A stretch of DNA of 64,000 nucleotides. Source: Protoeuglena noctilucae. Taxonomy: Eukaryota. The notes beneath the pieces are model-generated. The model ran no database searches. It was given only the letters and a program-made list of their open reading frames with translations, and was not told the DNA's origin. The stretch is taken from the NCBI GenBank assembly GCA_958009085.1, contig OY253671.1, forward strand, positions 1,364,001-1,428,000. The letters are read 5' to 3'. Of this stretch, positions 13,166 to 26,600 are shown one piece after another (positions within the stretch are counted from its first letter, which is position 1; every line of letters starts with the position of its first letter). The position numbers and the translations under genes are program-made.

Positions 13166-13745
13166 CTGCAAAAAGAGCAAAGCAGCGCCGTCGCGTAAGG
13201 GCGGGCGAGGGGGAGCCGCGACAAGCCCTGTCGACCGCCCGAAAGCAAGCCAGGGCGCCAGACGCCGGGAAAGAGGGCCTCGGACGGCCAGCCCAGAGAT
13301 GAATCGGGCGAAAGGCGCCACATGACGTCCGCAAAGCCCCGCCGGCCCCGGGCTGTCTGACAACCGGGGCCCTCGAGGGCGCTCTCCCACGGCGGACACC
13401 GGCATGGCCAAGACGCGATGCATTCGCCAACGCCAGCGCAGAAGTCGGAGCCCGGGAGCCCCCCGTCTGGCCCCGTTGCGGCGCCGAGCGTGGAGGACAG
13501 CTGCGCTGCGCGCCGCCCACCTTTGCGTCCCCCCAGCAACGTGAAAGAGAGAGGCCGTGTGCGCGAGCGCGCAGCCATAGCGCGAGCGGGTGCGGCGTGG
13601 CTGCCAGAAACGTCCCGATGCTAGAAAAGGGTGTAGCAGGCCAGGCCCGAGGCCTCGCGCGAGGACTGGGTCCGGACGCACTTTCATCGACTGCTACAGC
13701 ACTGCGAGTTGCACCACGTTCACATAACACGAAGCGGCAAGCCCC

Positions 13746-15550
13746 TCAGGCCGAGTCCCCGTACCACTGCCTCAGCAGCCGGGGGCACTCGTGCTCGGCC
13801 CACCGGTCCTTGTACTCTATCCACTTGTCCAGAGGCATCCCGAACACCTTGGCGATGCGGCTGTCGAAGGGGATGCACATCTGAAAGGCCCGCTCGCGCC
13901 ACTCCATGCCGTCCCGCGCGCCGTCCCACTGCTGCGCCAGCATCGTCAGCCGGGGGCCCAGGCGGTTCTCGAGCGAGTAGGTCAGCAGCTGGGGGTGCCG
14001 CGCGACCTCATGCATGCCGATCCCCATTGACTCGAGGAAGCGCAGCTTGTTGCGCGCGCTCTTGCCCTGCACGTTGAGCGACAGGATCTGGGGGCACGTC
14101 CGCACGGCCCCCGCCACCTCAGCCCGCGTGAGGCCCTTCTGCGGAGGCGGCAGGACGCGCGGCAGCGTCGGACGGCCTACGGCGACTGCACGCAAGGGTC
14201 GCCCCGGCGGAGGTCGTCCGCAGGTCGTCACCTCGAGCAGGAACGTGAGACTCGGGCGCAGCTTCTCGTCGAGGGAATTGCCCATGAGCGAGGGGCAGCG
14301 GATGGCGACTTGGATGGCCTCCTCGCGCGTCAGCCCCAGCTCCTCAAAGAGGCGAAGGCACCCCTCGACCTTGTCGTCGTGCACCAGAAGGCACCCAGGC
14401 CATTTGCGGACCATGCGCGCCAGGTCCTCTTTGCTCAGCTGCAGCCGGTCAGCGAGGGCCGCCGCGCGCTCAAGGGCGGGCGAGCCGTCGCGCAGCACGG
14501 TTGGCTGGTGGCTGAGGGCGGAGAGGGCAGTAGCGGGGGCATCTGAAGAAGCCGACATTAACCCCAACCGTGCCGTCCCGCGGTCATGCCCCAGGTGCCC
14601 TGATGGCCCCAGCTGCCCGCTCCTCACCGGATGATCTTCTGTAGGTCCTTCTCATCCAGGCCGAGGTCGCGCAGGAACTTGACCACGTCCAGGCAGTGGA
14701 TGGCATCCGTCATGCGCAACACCACGTCCGGGTTGCACTGCAGCAGATCCGCCTCGCCCGCCTCCTTCCACACGCGCGCCAGTGACTGGAGCTCCTCCAT
14801 GGGGCGCCAGACCCATGAGTTCACGCGCCTCCGATGCCGCTGCGAGTGAGCGGGCGAGCAGCGATGGCGCAACTGGCCCAGCCCTGGGGCGCCGGCCCTG
14901 AGCGCTGGCCCCACCCGCGCCGCGCACCAGGCTCAGCAGGTCCAGGACCCGGGGCGCCGGGAGGTCGACACGGTCAGAGAGGAACCGCACGCGCTCCAGG
15001 AAGTCTTCCGCCAGCCGGTGCCGCGCCGGGTGTCCCACGGGCGTGCGCGGCAGCATCCGCACGGCCAGGAGGTGGAACTCCTCCTCGACAACGACCCGCC
15101 TCGTTCCCAGCTTCTCTGCTGCCTGGGCAAGCACCGCCACTATCTCGGCCTCCAAGGACGCTTCTACGCCAGGCGAACTGCGTCGCGCAGAAGACGCTGC
15201 AGTCGTCGCGGCCCGAGCGAGGGTAGCCTGTTCGCTTTGCAGGCGCCGGGGCAGCGAACCACACCTCTTGACATCCGCAGTTTTCCTAGTAGGTCCCTTG
15301 TAGGTAATTGACGTTCGTGCGACCAAAGGCTTCGCCGCACACGGCTTCGCCCACCCCAAGCGTTCCCTGCGAACCACGAGCACGCGCCGAAACCATGTGC
15401 CAATTCTTCTTACGCCGTTTCGTTCTCAGGTCTCGCGTCGGGCCGGCGAGCCGCAGCTTGGGCGCACCTGTTCCACTCTCTCCACATCCATGGAGTGCGC
15501 AGCCGCGCAGGGGCAGCGCTAGCAGAGCCGCAACCACATCGCGGCCACAT
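13746..15550 (-). CDS. mTERF-repeat organellar protein, multi-exon (5' end uncertain)
   Basis: Repeated mTERF-like units: RCPSLMGNSLDEKLRPSLTFL, TCPQILSLNV..KLRFLESMG, RHPQLLTYSLENRLGPR, VVKFLRDLGL. Confidence 0.8.
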
Positions 15551-16001
15551 ATCGTTCCGATGAAGCGATATTGTCGGCCAGGGGTGCATCTGGGGCCAGC
15601 CGCCGCTTAAGCCAGCTGGGCCGGCACGTGGAAGGGAGTTCCGGCCCCCGCCGCCCCCTTTGTCGCGAGCACAGAGCCGCCACTTCGGCGTCAGCACACA
15701 CTACCGATCGTCAGCGGTCGCGCCCAGAACCATGCGCTGCAACAGGTGGTCACGCCGTCTGGATGTGGAGTCACGGCCGCCTGGCGAATGCGGGCTCGAA
15801 GCGCTCTCGTGGATGCAATAGCTAGCAGTGGCAGCGAGCAAATGGACCACATTCTAGCCCTGCTCAGCCTGGGCGGGCCAGTGACCTAGCGTTTCCTTGC
15901 GCTCCCGAACTGCCATCAAGGGAGGCTGGGAGCGGTATGCAGCTGCGTGTTGGTGTAAATGTCTTCACGAGCGCTCGCTGGTAGCTCAGGCGATACGAGA
16001 G

Positions 16002-17486
16002 ATGCTGCGGGCTCTATCTGAGAGGGCGGCGTCCTGCTCGCACCGGTGCGAACGGACGCTTCCTGCGCCCCGGGTCCTGCAGCGCGCGGCTTGGTTGAGA
16101 GCGTACCGGGAATCAGGACGCGAGGCATCGACGCAGCCCGGCGAGGGGGTGGAGCAGGGCTGGTTGTGGCAGTCCCTGGCGGCCGGGCGGACGCGGGAGA
16201 AGCTTCAGCAGCACGGGATCAAGGCCAGGAAGGCCCTGGGACAGAACTTTCTCACGGACGACCAGGGTGCGGGCTCGCTTTGCTCGGGAGACAACCAGGC
16301 AGCCGGTGGCCACGTGCTACGCACGTCAGCGCCCTTGTGCCCGCAGTCCTGCAACGCATCGTGCGCGAGAGCGGCGTCCAGGCGGGCGATGCGGTGATTG
16401 AAGTCGGGCCTGGTACGGGGAACCTCACGCGGCACCTCCTGGCCGCCGGGGCACGCGTGACGGCCATCGAGAAGGACCGCCGGTTGTTCGAGGAGCTGAG
16501 TGCGGGCGGCGTGGACGCCTCGCAGCTTTCGCTGGTGTGCGACGACGTGCTGCGGGTGGACCTGCGCGCCCTGGCCCGACAGATGAGCGCGGCGTCGGGG
16601 GGCGAGAACGTGCGCGTGGTGGCCAACCTCCCTTACAACATCACTACCGACTTCCTGAAGAAATCCCTGCCCCTGGGAGACGCCGTCACGGACCTGTTTG
16701 TCATGGTGCAGGACGAGGTCGCCCAGAGGTGAGGCCTGCGTCATCGGCGGCCCAAACGGTGGTGGGGCCCAGGGCGCGCCTCAGCACCTATCTCCGCCCC
16801 CGCAGGCTCACGAACCTGGTGCCGGGGGGCGCCGAGTACCGAGCCATGAACATCCGTTGTTCGCTGCTGTCGACACCGGAGTACCTCTTCTGGATCCCCC
16901 GCACCGCCTTCTACCCCTGTGAGCCCGCTGCACACGCATGGAGACATTGCAGGCTGTGCTGGGGTGCGCCGTCATGCGTGGTGCATGACATGGTACCCAG
17001 ATATCCTCAGTCTAACTCGGACGGCCCCCTCGCCATGCCCGACAGCTCCCAACGTTGACTCTGCGCTGGTCCGTTTCCGGCTCAAGCGCTCCGACCAGCT
17101 CCCCGACCTGGGGCGCACCCCGGCCCAGTTTCTGGCGCTCGTGAACCTGGCCTTCTCCTCCCGCCGCAAGATGCTCAAGAACAACCTGCGCGCGGCGTAC
17201 CGGGCCGAGGTCGTGGACGGGGCCATTGCCCAGGTGGGGCGCAGACGCGGCACCGGCGGAGCAGCGCTGAAAGAGCCCACGTCGGTGCCTGTGACGGTGG
17301 CCTCAGCGGGACATGGAGTTGCGATCGCAGGCGGGGCTGGAGGCGGATGTTCGGCCACAGGAGTTGTCAGTGGAGGATTTTGTGCGGCTGAGCAGGGCGC
17401 TGGCGAGTGGGGCGGGTGCGGAGGGAGGGGTGGGCCAGGAGGATGCAGATGGGAGTGACGGCACAAATGGAGAGGAGGATGAGTGA
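16002..17486 (+). CDS. rsmA: SSU rRNA dimethyladenosine transferase (KsgA/RsmA, PFC1-like, organellar)
   Basis: ARKALGQNFL, VIEVGPGTGNLT, AIEKD, VVANLPYNITT, MVQDEVAQRL, PNVDSA, AFSSRRKMLKNNL, RPQELSVEDF. N-terminal extension resembles a transit peptide. Confidence 0.93.
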
Positions 17487-17600
17487 CACGGCGACAAACA
17501 AAAAAGGTATCGTTTCAACAAGTCAACGGTTCACCTAGCAAGGCGCACGCGTGGCCAGTGCAACTACTGAGTACTATGCCTCGCTACAGCGGCGTCCATG

Positions 17601-20600
17601 TCATGGCATAGTCGAGCTCGATGCTTGTTGGGCAAGCGCCGCATTTGCCTGTTCAATGAGATGGTGGCAGTCTCCCACGTTGGTGCTCTGGTCGTCCGGG
17701 AGACGCTGGAAGAGCGCCATCGCCTGCTCGGCTCTCTCGCGCGCTTTTGCGTGCCGCTGAGCCCGGGACAGCGCTTTGGCATCCTGCAAGAGGGCCAACG
17801 CGGCACGGAAGAGGGCCTTGGCGGCCATGGTGCCCTGAGGGTCGCGGCGTTCGTGCACCTCGTGTTCCTTAAGGAACCACTTAGCCGCCTCTCCTCGCTC
17901 CTGGAACTCCTGGCACTTGTAAGCCAAGTTCCTGTACAGATTGGCGAAGGCCTCCTCCCGAAGGGGCGGCTGCTTCTCGTAGCCCCTTAGAGCGTCGAGG
18001 AACATGCCCCGTGCCGTGTCGAGGTCGTCGCAGCACGTCGCAATGTCGCATGCGGCGCTCAGGGTGCGGAAGTGGTCGGGTCCAAACACGTGCTCGTTGA
18101 TGTCCCGCGCGCGCTCGTGGCACTGGCGCGCTCGCTCGCGGTACTCGCGCGCCCTCTCGCGGTTCTGCCGTGCTTGCTCTCGCTCCTCGTCTGTGGTGGG
18201 CTTAGTCGTTGAGCGCTGGATGTGCTGGCGGAGGTACTGGTAGCATTTGCCCATGTTCGAGAGCACCATGCCGACCCTGCTGTGCTGGGAACCGAGGGAC
18301 TCCATGCCCTCCAGCGCTTGCTGGTAGACCTGCACGGCCTCCTGCAGCATCTCCACGCTGCTCTCTCGTGCGCCTATCTCGCGCAGACACGTGGCCTTGT
18401 TCATGACCGCGTTGCACGTTCTTGAGTGCTTGGGGCCGAATGTCGTCTCGAAGTTGGCAATCACGTCGTTGTACGCAGCAAGGGCCTCCTTGTACTTGCC
18501 GTCACGCATGTAGCAGCGCGCCACGAGCGCCAGCGCGTTGGCCGTCCGCGAGAAGTCCTCCCCAAAGCTCTCGCGGAGGCGCCGGTGGACCTCCATGGCA
18601 ATGCGGAGGGCCTCATCAAGGCGGCCGCAATCCCTCAGGTGGCTCGCGAGACTGCCCCACGATGTGAGCGTCCGCGAGTGCGACTCGCCAAAGGCTTTCC
18701 TCTGCACCTGGTGCGCCCTCTCCTGCATCTTCACTGCCAGGGCGCTGTCGCCCAGGTCGTGATAAACCTTGGCCAGCTCTCCCAGGACGTTGCCCACGCG
18801 TGGGTGCGACGCTCCCAGCTGCTTTGTAAGCTCCTCCAGAACCTCCTCGTATGCTGCTCGGGCACCCTTGAGGTCCTGCAGCATTTTCATGCTGCTGGCG
18901 GCCTTGCCTCGCACCAGCAGCACCAGGCACGTGTGGATGCGGCCCCGCTGTGGTGCAGGGGTTGCCTCCAAGCGGCGCTGCAGGTCCTGCACGACCGCGA
19001 AGCTGTCCTGGTGCCGGCCCAGTTCGGAGAGGCATCGCAGGTGCCCCAGCAGCACCGCCGCCACGCGCAGCAAGTCGTCCTCACTGCCTTCTGCAGTGCC
19101 GGGGCCGAGGAGACCTGCAGCACGCTCGTACAGCGGCAAGGCGTCCTGGGTCCGCATCTGGGCAGCCAGGGCGAGCGCATGCCAGGCCAGCGCGAGGCAC
19201 TCGCAGGCCGTGCCGGGGCGGGTGCGGCTGGCCCAGGCCAGGGCCACGCGGGCGGCGGGTTCGTGGCCCTGCAGCCTCATGTCGAGGACATCCGAGACCA
19301 CGACGGACCCCAGCGCACGAACGAGGGCCTCCATGCCGACATCCGACACCGTCGCGGTGGTGTCGCACACGATGGCCAGCGCCCGCGAGAGGACGTCGCT
19401 CTGGGCGTCCATGAGGGTCAGCGCCGCCATGTACGAGCCCGTCAGGTACAGCCGGTGGGCCTCGTGCACCGTGTCGGCCGCAAACGACAGGAAGCGCCCC
19501 AGGGCCCCGGGTGTTGGACTGTGCTTCCGCAGCTCGTCTCGCGCTGCGCTGCTGAGCGTGAAGCGCCCGCCGTGGCTGTCGTGGCTGACGATGCCAACGT
19601 TCGTGGCCTGCCGGAAGTCCGTGAGGGAGCACAAGCCCACCGCTCCGATGGCATCGGCCGGGAAGGACCCCGGGAACAGGGCAAGGCTCTCGAGGGCCCG
19701 CTGGAGCCGCGCAGGCAGGCGGTTGAGCTGGTCGGCGACGTTCGCACAAGGACCCTCGCCTGCACCCTGGGTCTTGGGGCTCTGCAGCTGCTCCAGGAAG
19801 CTCAGGAGCGCCTGCACACTGGAACCTCGCATGTGTGTGTTCTGCAGCTGAATCTCGGCGAGCTCCAGGTGCCACTCCATGCACGCCCGCACGTACGCCA
19901 GGACGTCCTCCTCATCAAATGGACCCACCGAGACCCTCTCGACACGCACGCCGGGCCACTTCGCCGGGGTCTTGGCTCTCTCGGCAACCGCCGCGCCGGC
20001 CGTGATTAGAAGGCGGAGATCCGGCACGCCCGCCAGGGCCTCCATGATCGCATCCACGGGTGCATCCTGCCCCGGCTCTGGCCCCTCCACCTTGTCGAGC
20101 ACCAGCAGGACAGGACCACCTGCCGCCGCGCAGTGCTCGGCGACGAGCAGGTGCAGGTTCCCCGCCAGCTCCAGCGTCGAGGCGCCAGGAGCCCCGGTCC
20201 CCGCGCTGCCCCCAGCGTCAGCGTCCTCGTCGTCGCCAGCCCTGTCCGCGTCGCCCGCCCCGGCGCTCAACACGAACCCCAAGTCCGCTCCGATCTTGCG
20301 CAGCACGTCGGCCCCCGTGCGGAAGCCCTTGAGCGTACACAGGTGCGCCCCGCCTGGGCAGTGCCCCGCGTCTCGCAGCTGGTGGGCGGCGACGAGCGCC
20401 AGCGTGCTCTTGCCAGTGTCTGGCGCTCCCGTCAGGAAGGTGACCGTCTCGCAGTCTGCCCCCGCCAGCTGAGAGACGACCCGGCCCTCGAGGGCCGGGC
20501 GCCGGACCAGCAAGCCCGGCAGCTGGGGGAGGCTGTCGGGCACACGCACCGTCCTGATCACGGAGCGAAGCGTGGCCACGAACGACACCTCCACGCCGAA

Positions 20601-23600
20601 CAGCCGGTTCAGATCCAGCATCCGCACCTCCTCGCCAGCCCTGCGACGAGTAATACGAGAAGAGGTGGATACGCGGGGCACATAACAGGCGATGTGAGGC
20701 TGCGGTGGAGTACTGCGAGGCTGGCTGCCCACCTGTTGCCCGTGAGAGCACGCAGAAGGCGCTGCTGGGCCTCTGTGTTGGACCGGATGCCGTCGGCCAG
20801 CTGGCGAAGCCCAAACTCTGCGGCCAAAGAAGGGACATCTGTCATGCAACGGTGTCCATGTCAAATGCAGCAGCGTGCCCCGACCTCAGGCGGCGCTCGT
20901 GTGCTCACCGCACTCCAAATGATCCGCCAGATACGTCACAAACTCCCTGCTCGGGACCAACTCCTTGGGCAGACAGTACTCGCTCCAGAACACCCTCGCA
21001 TCTGCGCGTGTCAATGGGGCACGTCGCTCAAGCTCGGGACGACGCGCAGCAGGCAAACTTTCAGAACATGTGCAGGGAGCGTCGTTGGCTCACCCGTGTT
21101 GTAGATGACTCGCTTCAGATCATCACGGGTAGGAGCGCGCTTGTCCTCCTGCCGGCTGGGCCGCCCCGCTGTCTGGCGCTTGAGAGCCTGCGCCACGTCA
21201 CGAGGGTCAGACCTGAGTCGTCCAGTCAAACCGACACTTGCAGTGCATGTCAAGGCCCACCATGGAGCGCTCACCAAGTCGTCGACTTCGAACAAACTCC
21301 CGCTGTCCAGCTGCGTGCGCAGGCTGGCGATGGCCCGCTTGCATGGGACGTGGTGGCTGGTGTTCACGAGCCCCTCCGCCTCGGCGACGATCTCGGTCGA
21401 GATGCGCAGCAATGGCTGCTCCTCCTCTGACGCGCCTGCAGCCGGCTGCTCCTCCGCCACCAGAGGGTCCTCCAAACCCTCCAGCAGGGACAGAGCCTGC
21501 TGCAGAAGGCCCTGGATGGACACGACCGCGTCGAGCTTGCCCGGCAGAGAATTTTGGGACGCGTGAAGGGCGCCCAACAGTACCTCCACCACCCGCCCCA
21601 TGTGCCGCCAGCTCCGGGACCTGCCCCCACCCTGCTGGGCGCCCACCAGCACCCGGGCAGCCAGCGCGAACAGTGGGAGCAGCCCGGGCATGGCTTGAGT
21701 CATCGACCCGAACAAGACTCCCAGGGAGAAGGCCGTGGCCGTGTCTTGGCCCCGCGGCTCCGACTCAATAGCGCCCTCGCCCGCCCCTGTGTCCTCATGC
21801 AGCAGCCTCTTCGCCAGCTCGATTTCGCCAGTGGCCAAATCTGCCGAGAGGTCTCGCTTGGTCTGGGGCACCAGTAATGACGGCTTCTGCGGGACATTGG
21901 TGGGACAAGGGCGGCGTTGGATGGGTGGAGGCTGGCACACAGTTGCAGAGAGCGCGGCACATGCGTTGCTCACCGTCAACGTCGCTGTCGCTTGCTCTCC
22001 GGTGCCAGACGTCCGCCCGCGCAGCCGCGTGAGATATTCGGCGCATTCTGCAGCCATTGGCCGCTGCATGGGGTCGGCGGCGAGACATCTCCGCACGAGG
22101 GCGAGCAAGTTGCGCCCGTCCGGGCCTTGCATCGCCTCGTAGATGGCGTGCTTGCCGGTCGGGCTTTGCAACTCTGTGAGGTCTTCCACCTCTCCCAACG
22201 ACCTTTCAGAAGGCAGGGCACCCGTCACGAGGCGAAGCATGAGCGCCCCAAAGCCATACATGTCCGCAGCAGCTGTCGGGTTGCCTCCTGCGATCAAAAG
22301 GAGCAAGCAGTGACGCGGGGCCGCAGTGCACAGCAACACAGGCGCCGGCTTGTTCCAACTGTGTCTCACCAGCAGCAGCCTCTGGGGCCCTGTACGGGGT
22401 GCCGGCCCCGGGTCGCCTCTCCACGGCTCTGCCGTCCTTGGTGGCGGCAAAGGGCACCAAGTGGACATCTGCGAGGTCCCGGCCGCCCTCGCCAGCACCC
22501 GGGTCACGGTAGTTGACCGCCACGGTCGCCGGCCGCACGTCGCCATGCACCGCCTCGCTGCCGTGGAGGGCGGTCAGGGACGTGGCCACCGCCAGGCTGA
22601 CCGCCACGGCCTCATGCAGCGACCTGGCCACCGGACAGCCGGCCTCCTCGCTGAAATGCTGCTCGAGCGTGGTGTCGTACTCCAGTGCCACCAACAGCAC
22701 CACTCGTCTCCTGTCCCTGTCGAGGGCCTCCCGGTACCCCACGAACCGCATCAGTCCCGCAGCCGCCAGCACCTCGCACATGGCTGGCTCGGCCCACCCG
22801 TCCTGGATGAACAGGACTCGAACTGCGGCGGCTTGGGATGCCAGCAGCATGCGGCGAATGTTCCCCGATGCGACGGTGGCCTCGAGCCAGGCATTCGGGC
22901 CACTCACGCCCTCCCTAGTGGTGAGGGAGAGGAACTCGGGCAGCTTTCTGCACGTCAAGAAAACAGCATGGCTCTGATGGATGTCACCACAAATCCCCGA
23001 TCGCCACCAAAGGCGCAGGCCGTGGTAACAGATGCATTGGCAGCGAGTTACCTTGCCGGGACGGGCACGTCACTGTGCTGAGCCTCCGCCCCCGATCCGG
23101 CCGTGCCAATTTGCAGGGCCGCGAGCACCTGCGTGGAGGAGATCAGTTGCACCTAAGCAACTGCAAAAACACGTAAGCAGAGCATGCCTTGTGGCGCTGC
23201 CGCGCTCCCCATACCACCTGCATGAGCTCCTCGACGGCTGGGCTGCCTTGCGTGGTGACACTTCCCTTCCACGACGCCTCCGACAGCAACAGCAGACCTC
23301 GGTACAGCGCCCTGGCAGCGCTGTCCAAACGACCACCCAAGTCGCCGGACCCTGCATCCTCGAGGCCCAAGCACATCTGCAGGGTCGCCCGCGCATAGTC
23401 CCTCAGCCGGGCACCCTCGCCACCCTCGCCACCCGCGACGAGCCTGTCCAGCGACGTGGTCAGCGACGCGATGACCGCAACCACCGGGAAGCGATCCAGG
23501 GCCTTCACGTGGTCCCTGAGCGTGTCTGCTACGTCCTTGGTGCACGACCGCAGGACGGTTCGCAAGCACATGTCCCGCCACAGTGCCTGGCCAGCTTCAG

Positions 23601-26600
23601 GGCCGGGCTCTTCTAGCAAAGCGCGACGCTCGTCCTCCAGATAGGCCTCTGGGAGCACGGAGGGTGTTGACGCATGTTTCTTCCCTTGTATACAAATGCC
23701 CGGCTCCACGGAAGCTGCTGCGGCGGGTGTGTGGCACCTTGGAGCTCCACGGCCGTCTGCGGGATGCGCTTCATGGGGCGCTGGAGGAAGCCGCCGGCCG
23801 TCAGGGCGCTGCACGCGAGCTGCGATGCACGGCGGAAGCCACGACAGTCGCTATGCGTGCCCAGCGGCCGCCCCGTGACTGCGCCGCCAGCCAGCCCTGT
23901 CAGCGCACCTTGTGAAGGACGGCAGGGTACGCGATGCTGTGTGCGCCGTTGGACGCGTGGATGAGGCCCGCCAGCACCACCTTCTGCTGCGGGTTTGGCG
24001 ACCGCGTCGCGCTCAGGGTCAGGGCTTGGAGGTCCGCCTCCGCCAGGTCGAACGGCGGGAACACGTACGTCGATCCCGCGGGCAGCCCAGGGCACTCCAG
24101 CACTAGCGTCGCATCCTCGGCAGACCGCACCACCACAATTACACGAACCGCTGGCACTGCTCGCCGGACGGCCGCCATCACCCACGCCATGCCCACGCAC
24201 TCGTCCGTGCTGCAAGTGGCCACGACCCAGGCGACGCAGCCCTCGCTGCTCATGGCCCGCAGCCTTTGTAGCAACAAAACCTCCCACGCCTCGTCCACAG
24301 ACACGAGCCGCTGGCGGCACACGTCTCGCGCCAGCTGGGCCACAGCAGGGCCATCGTCCTCCACCACCTGCGCCGCCACGCCCAGCACGGCCGCTAGCTT
24401 GGCCTCGTCCGCCTCTGCCCAGGGCAGCCGCTCCACGCCCTGCAGCTCGCACTGCGCCGCCACGCACGCCTTCACGAGGTCCCGCACCGGGTCCCCTGCC
24501 ACACGGCCTGCCTCCCTCACCTCCCCATGCAGCCCCATCACCACAGCCACGCGCTCGCCAGACACCCGCAGGTCCCTGGCGAGGCTCGAGGCGATAGAGA
24601 CCCGCAGGCGCTCACTGCCTCTGGCGCACCATCCCCAGTCCACATGTGGCAGCGAAGGGCCGGCGTTGTGCTGTGCGGGATCCGCCAGGTACATCAGGCC
24701 CAGTGCGTGCGCGCCCATCGCGCCAGCGAGCGCAGAGCCGTCCACGCACTTTCTGCCGCCTGTCGTCGCATCTCCCGGCGCACCCCCAGCGACGAGCTGG
24801 TCGGCCGGCACGGTGCCACGTGTGGTAGGCTTTTCCTCGACAGCCTCTGCCACGGGGCCTGCCTTGCGTCGTGCCTCGGGGCCAGGCGACGCTGTAGTTG
24901 ATTCCTCACTGGAGGCTCTCCTACGCTGCCGCGGGACCCGCGGAACTTGGACGCGCACCCATTCTGAAGAGACGTCCTCCCGCACGCGCCTGCGTTTCAC
25001 GACTCTGACGTGGCTTTCCACGGCAATTTCGTGGGAGAGCGGCCCCGAGCTCGAACCTGCCCCGTCCCCCGGGGAGTAGGAGCCGTGGGAGGAAGCCACG
25101 GACGTTGTGTCGACCTCGGGCTCCCTCGGGGCGACGGGTAGAGGGCCAGTGCCGGCACCTGTGTCCGGGAGCAGCGCCAGCAGCCCTTTCCGCTCATCTA
25201 CGGGGAGCAGCTGCAGGTCGGCGTTGCACAGCTCGTACATCAAGTCGCAGTAGCCAATATGATCCGCAGCGTCTTGGAGGTCAACAATCGTTTCCTGCAG
25301 GTGCGCAGGCGGACAGCAGGTCACTCTCCTCTTCCACGAGCGCATGGTCAGTGCGCTCGTGTGCTGATGCCACGACGGAGCTCGCCTCGATGTCAGCCCC
25401 GACCGCTGCACGCAACCGTGCATAGAACTTCTTCAGGAGCTGCGTGAGCTTCGTCGCAGTCACGGCCATCTCCTCCAAGTCGTTATCAGGCTCCCGCTCG
25501 TGTCCTTGCCCGTAAAAGTGCTGTTTCCACGTCGACACCCGCAAGATGGGTTCCCCGGACCGACGCTTCAGGTGGTACGACTGCGGACCACGGGGCTCGC
25601 TGGCGTCACATCGTCGCGTGCGTGCATGCAAGTCATCGCCGACCCGCAGGCAATGCCAGTCAGCCTCGCCTCCAACATGGCGTCGTGCACGTTCTCCCCA
25701 AACTGGCGAGTGCTGAACGATTGAAAGAGGTCCATGCTCTCCTGCCAAGCACCCTGCAGAATCACAAGGACACTGCCGGGTGTGGAGGGCAAGCGCCGGC
25801 TCGCCGACAGCACGGCATGGCAGCAGGGTGTGCCGGCGCCCCCTCACCGACTTGCAGAAGTCCCGGACTGCCTCCTCAAATCGCCAGAATTCCACGTCCC
25901 TCTCACGGAGCCCCAAGCAGCATACTAACTCCCCGATCTCCCCCTCGGAGGGCAGCAAGGGCTCGACTAAGATGTCCTGCACTCGACTCAGGTCCTCGCA
26001 CAGCGTCCAGAAAAATTGGCGACAGTCCTCGGCCCTCGGCCGATCCGCGGGGTTTGCCACCCAGCAGGTCCGAAGGAAGTCCCACAGCCTGCGCCCCTCC
26101 GTCGTCCACCGCAGCTGCCGATGTACCTTGGCCTTGCAGAACGCACTTCCCTCGCTTGCGTGGGAGGTCGCGATGTCGACTTCGCCTTGCATGACACGGT
26201 CTGCCAGCTCCTGCCGATTCCCAAGCTCCACGCCGGTCAGCACCTCCCACATGAGGAGCCCGAAGCAGACAATGTCCGTCTGCACTGAGAGCCACCTGTG
26301 GATTGCCTGCTCTGGCGCCCTGTATCCCGCCGTCCCAACATGGTAGTCGCGGCCTCTCAGCCACTGCGAGCTGACCCCAAAATCTGCCAAGTGAATGTCC
26401 GCCAGAGCGCCCGCCCCCCGCGCCCCCACAATCGGCACGGCATTGACAAGAACGTTGGCCGGCTTGATGTCGAGATGGGGAAACAGGACCTCGTGCATGC
26501 AGGCCAGGGACGTGGACACGGACAGCCCGATTGAGGCCGCCTGGGCAAGGTCCACGGCGGCCTTGCATCCAGGCGCAACGCGGCCGAGGTGCTCCCGCAA

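Noticed and set aside
18426..20009. 527-aa and 360-aa plus-strand ORFs opposite the TPR/NTPase exon
   Set aside because: Antisense shadow frames typical of high-GC coding DNA, with no recognisable motifs.
17601..20640. Reading the STAND-TPR gene as a prokaryotic Avs defence operon or a contaminant
   Set aside because: It is joined to upstream exons by spliceosomal introns of the same size and consensus as the flanking algal genes.
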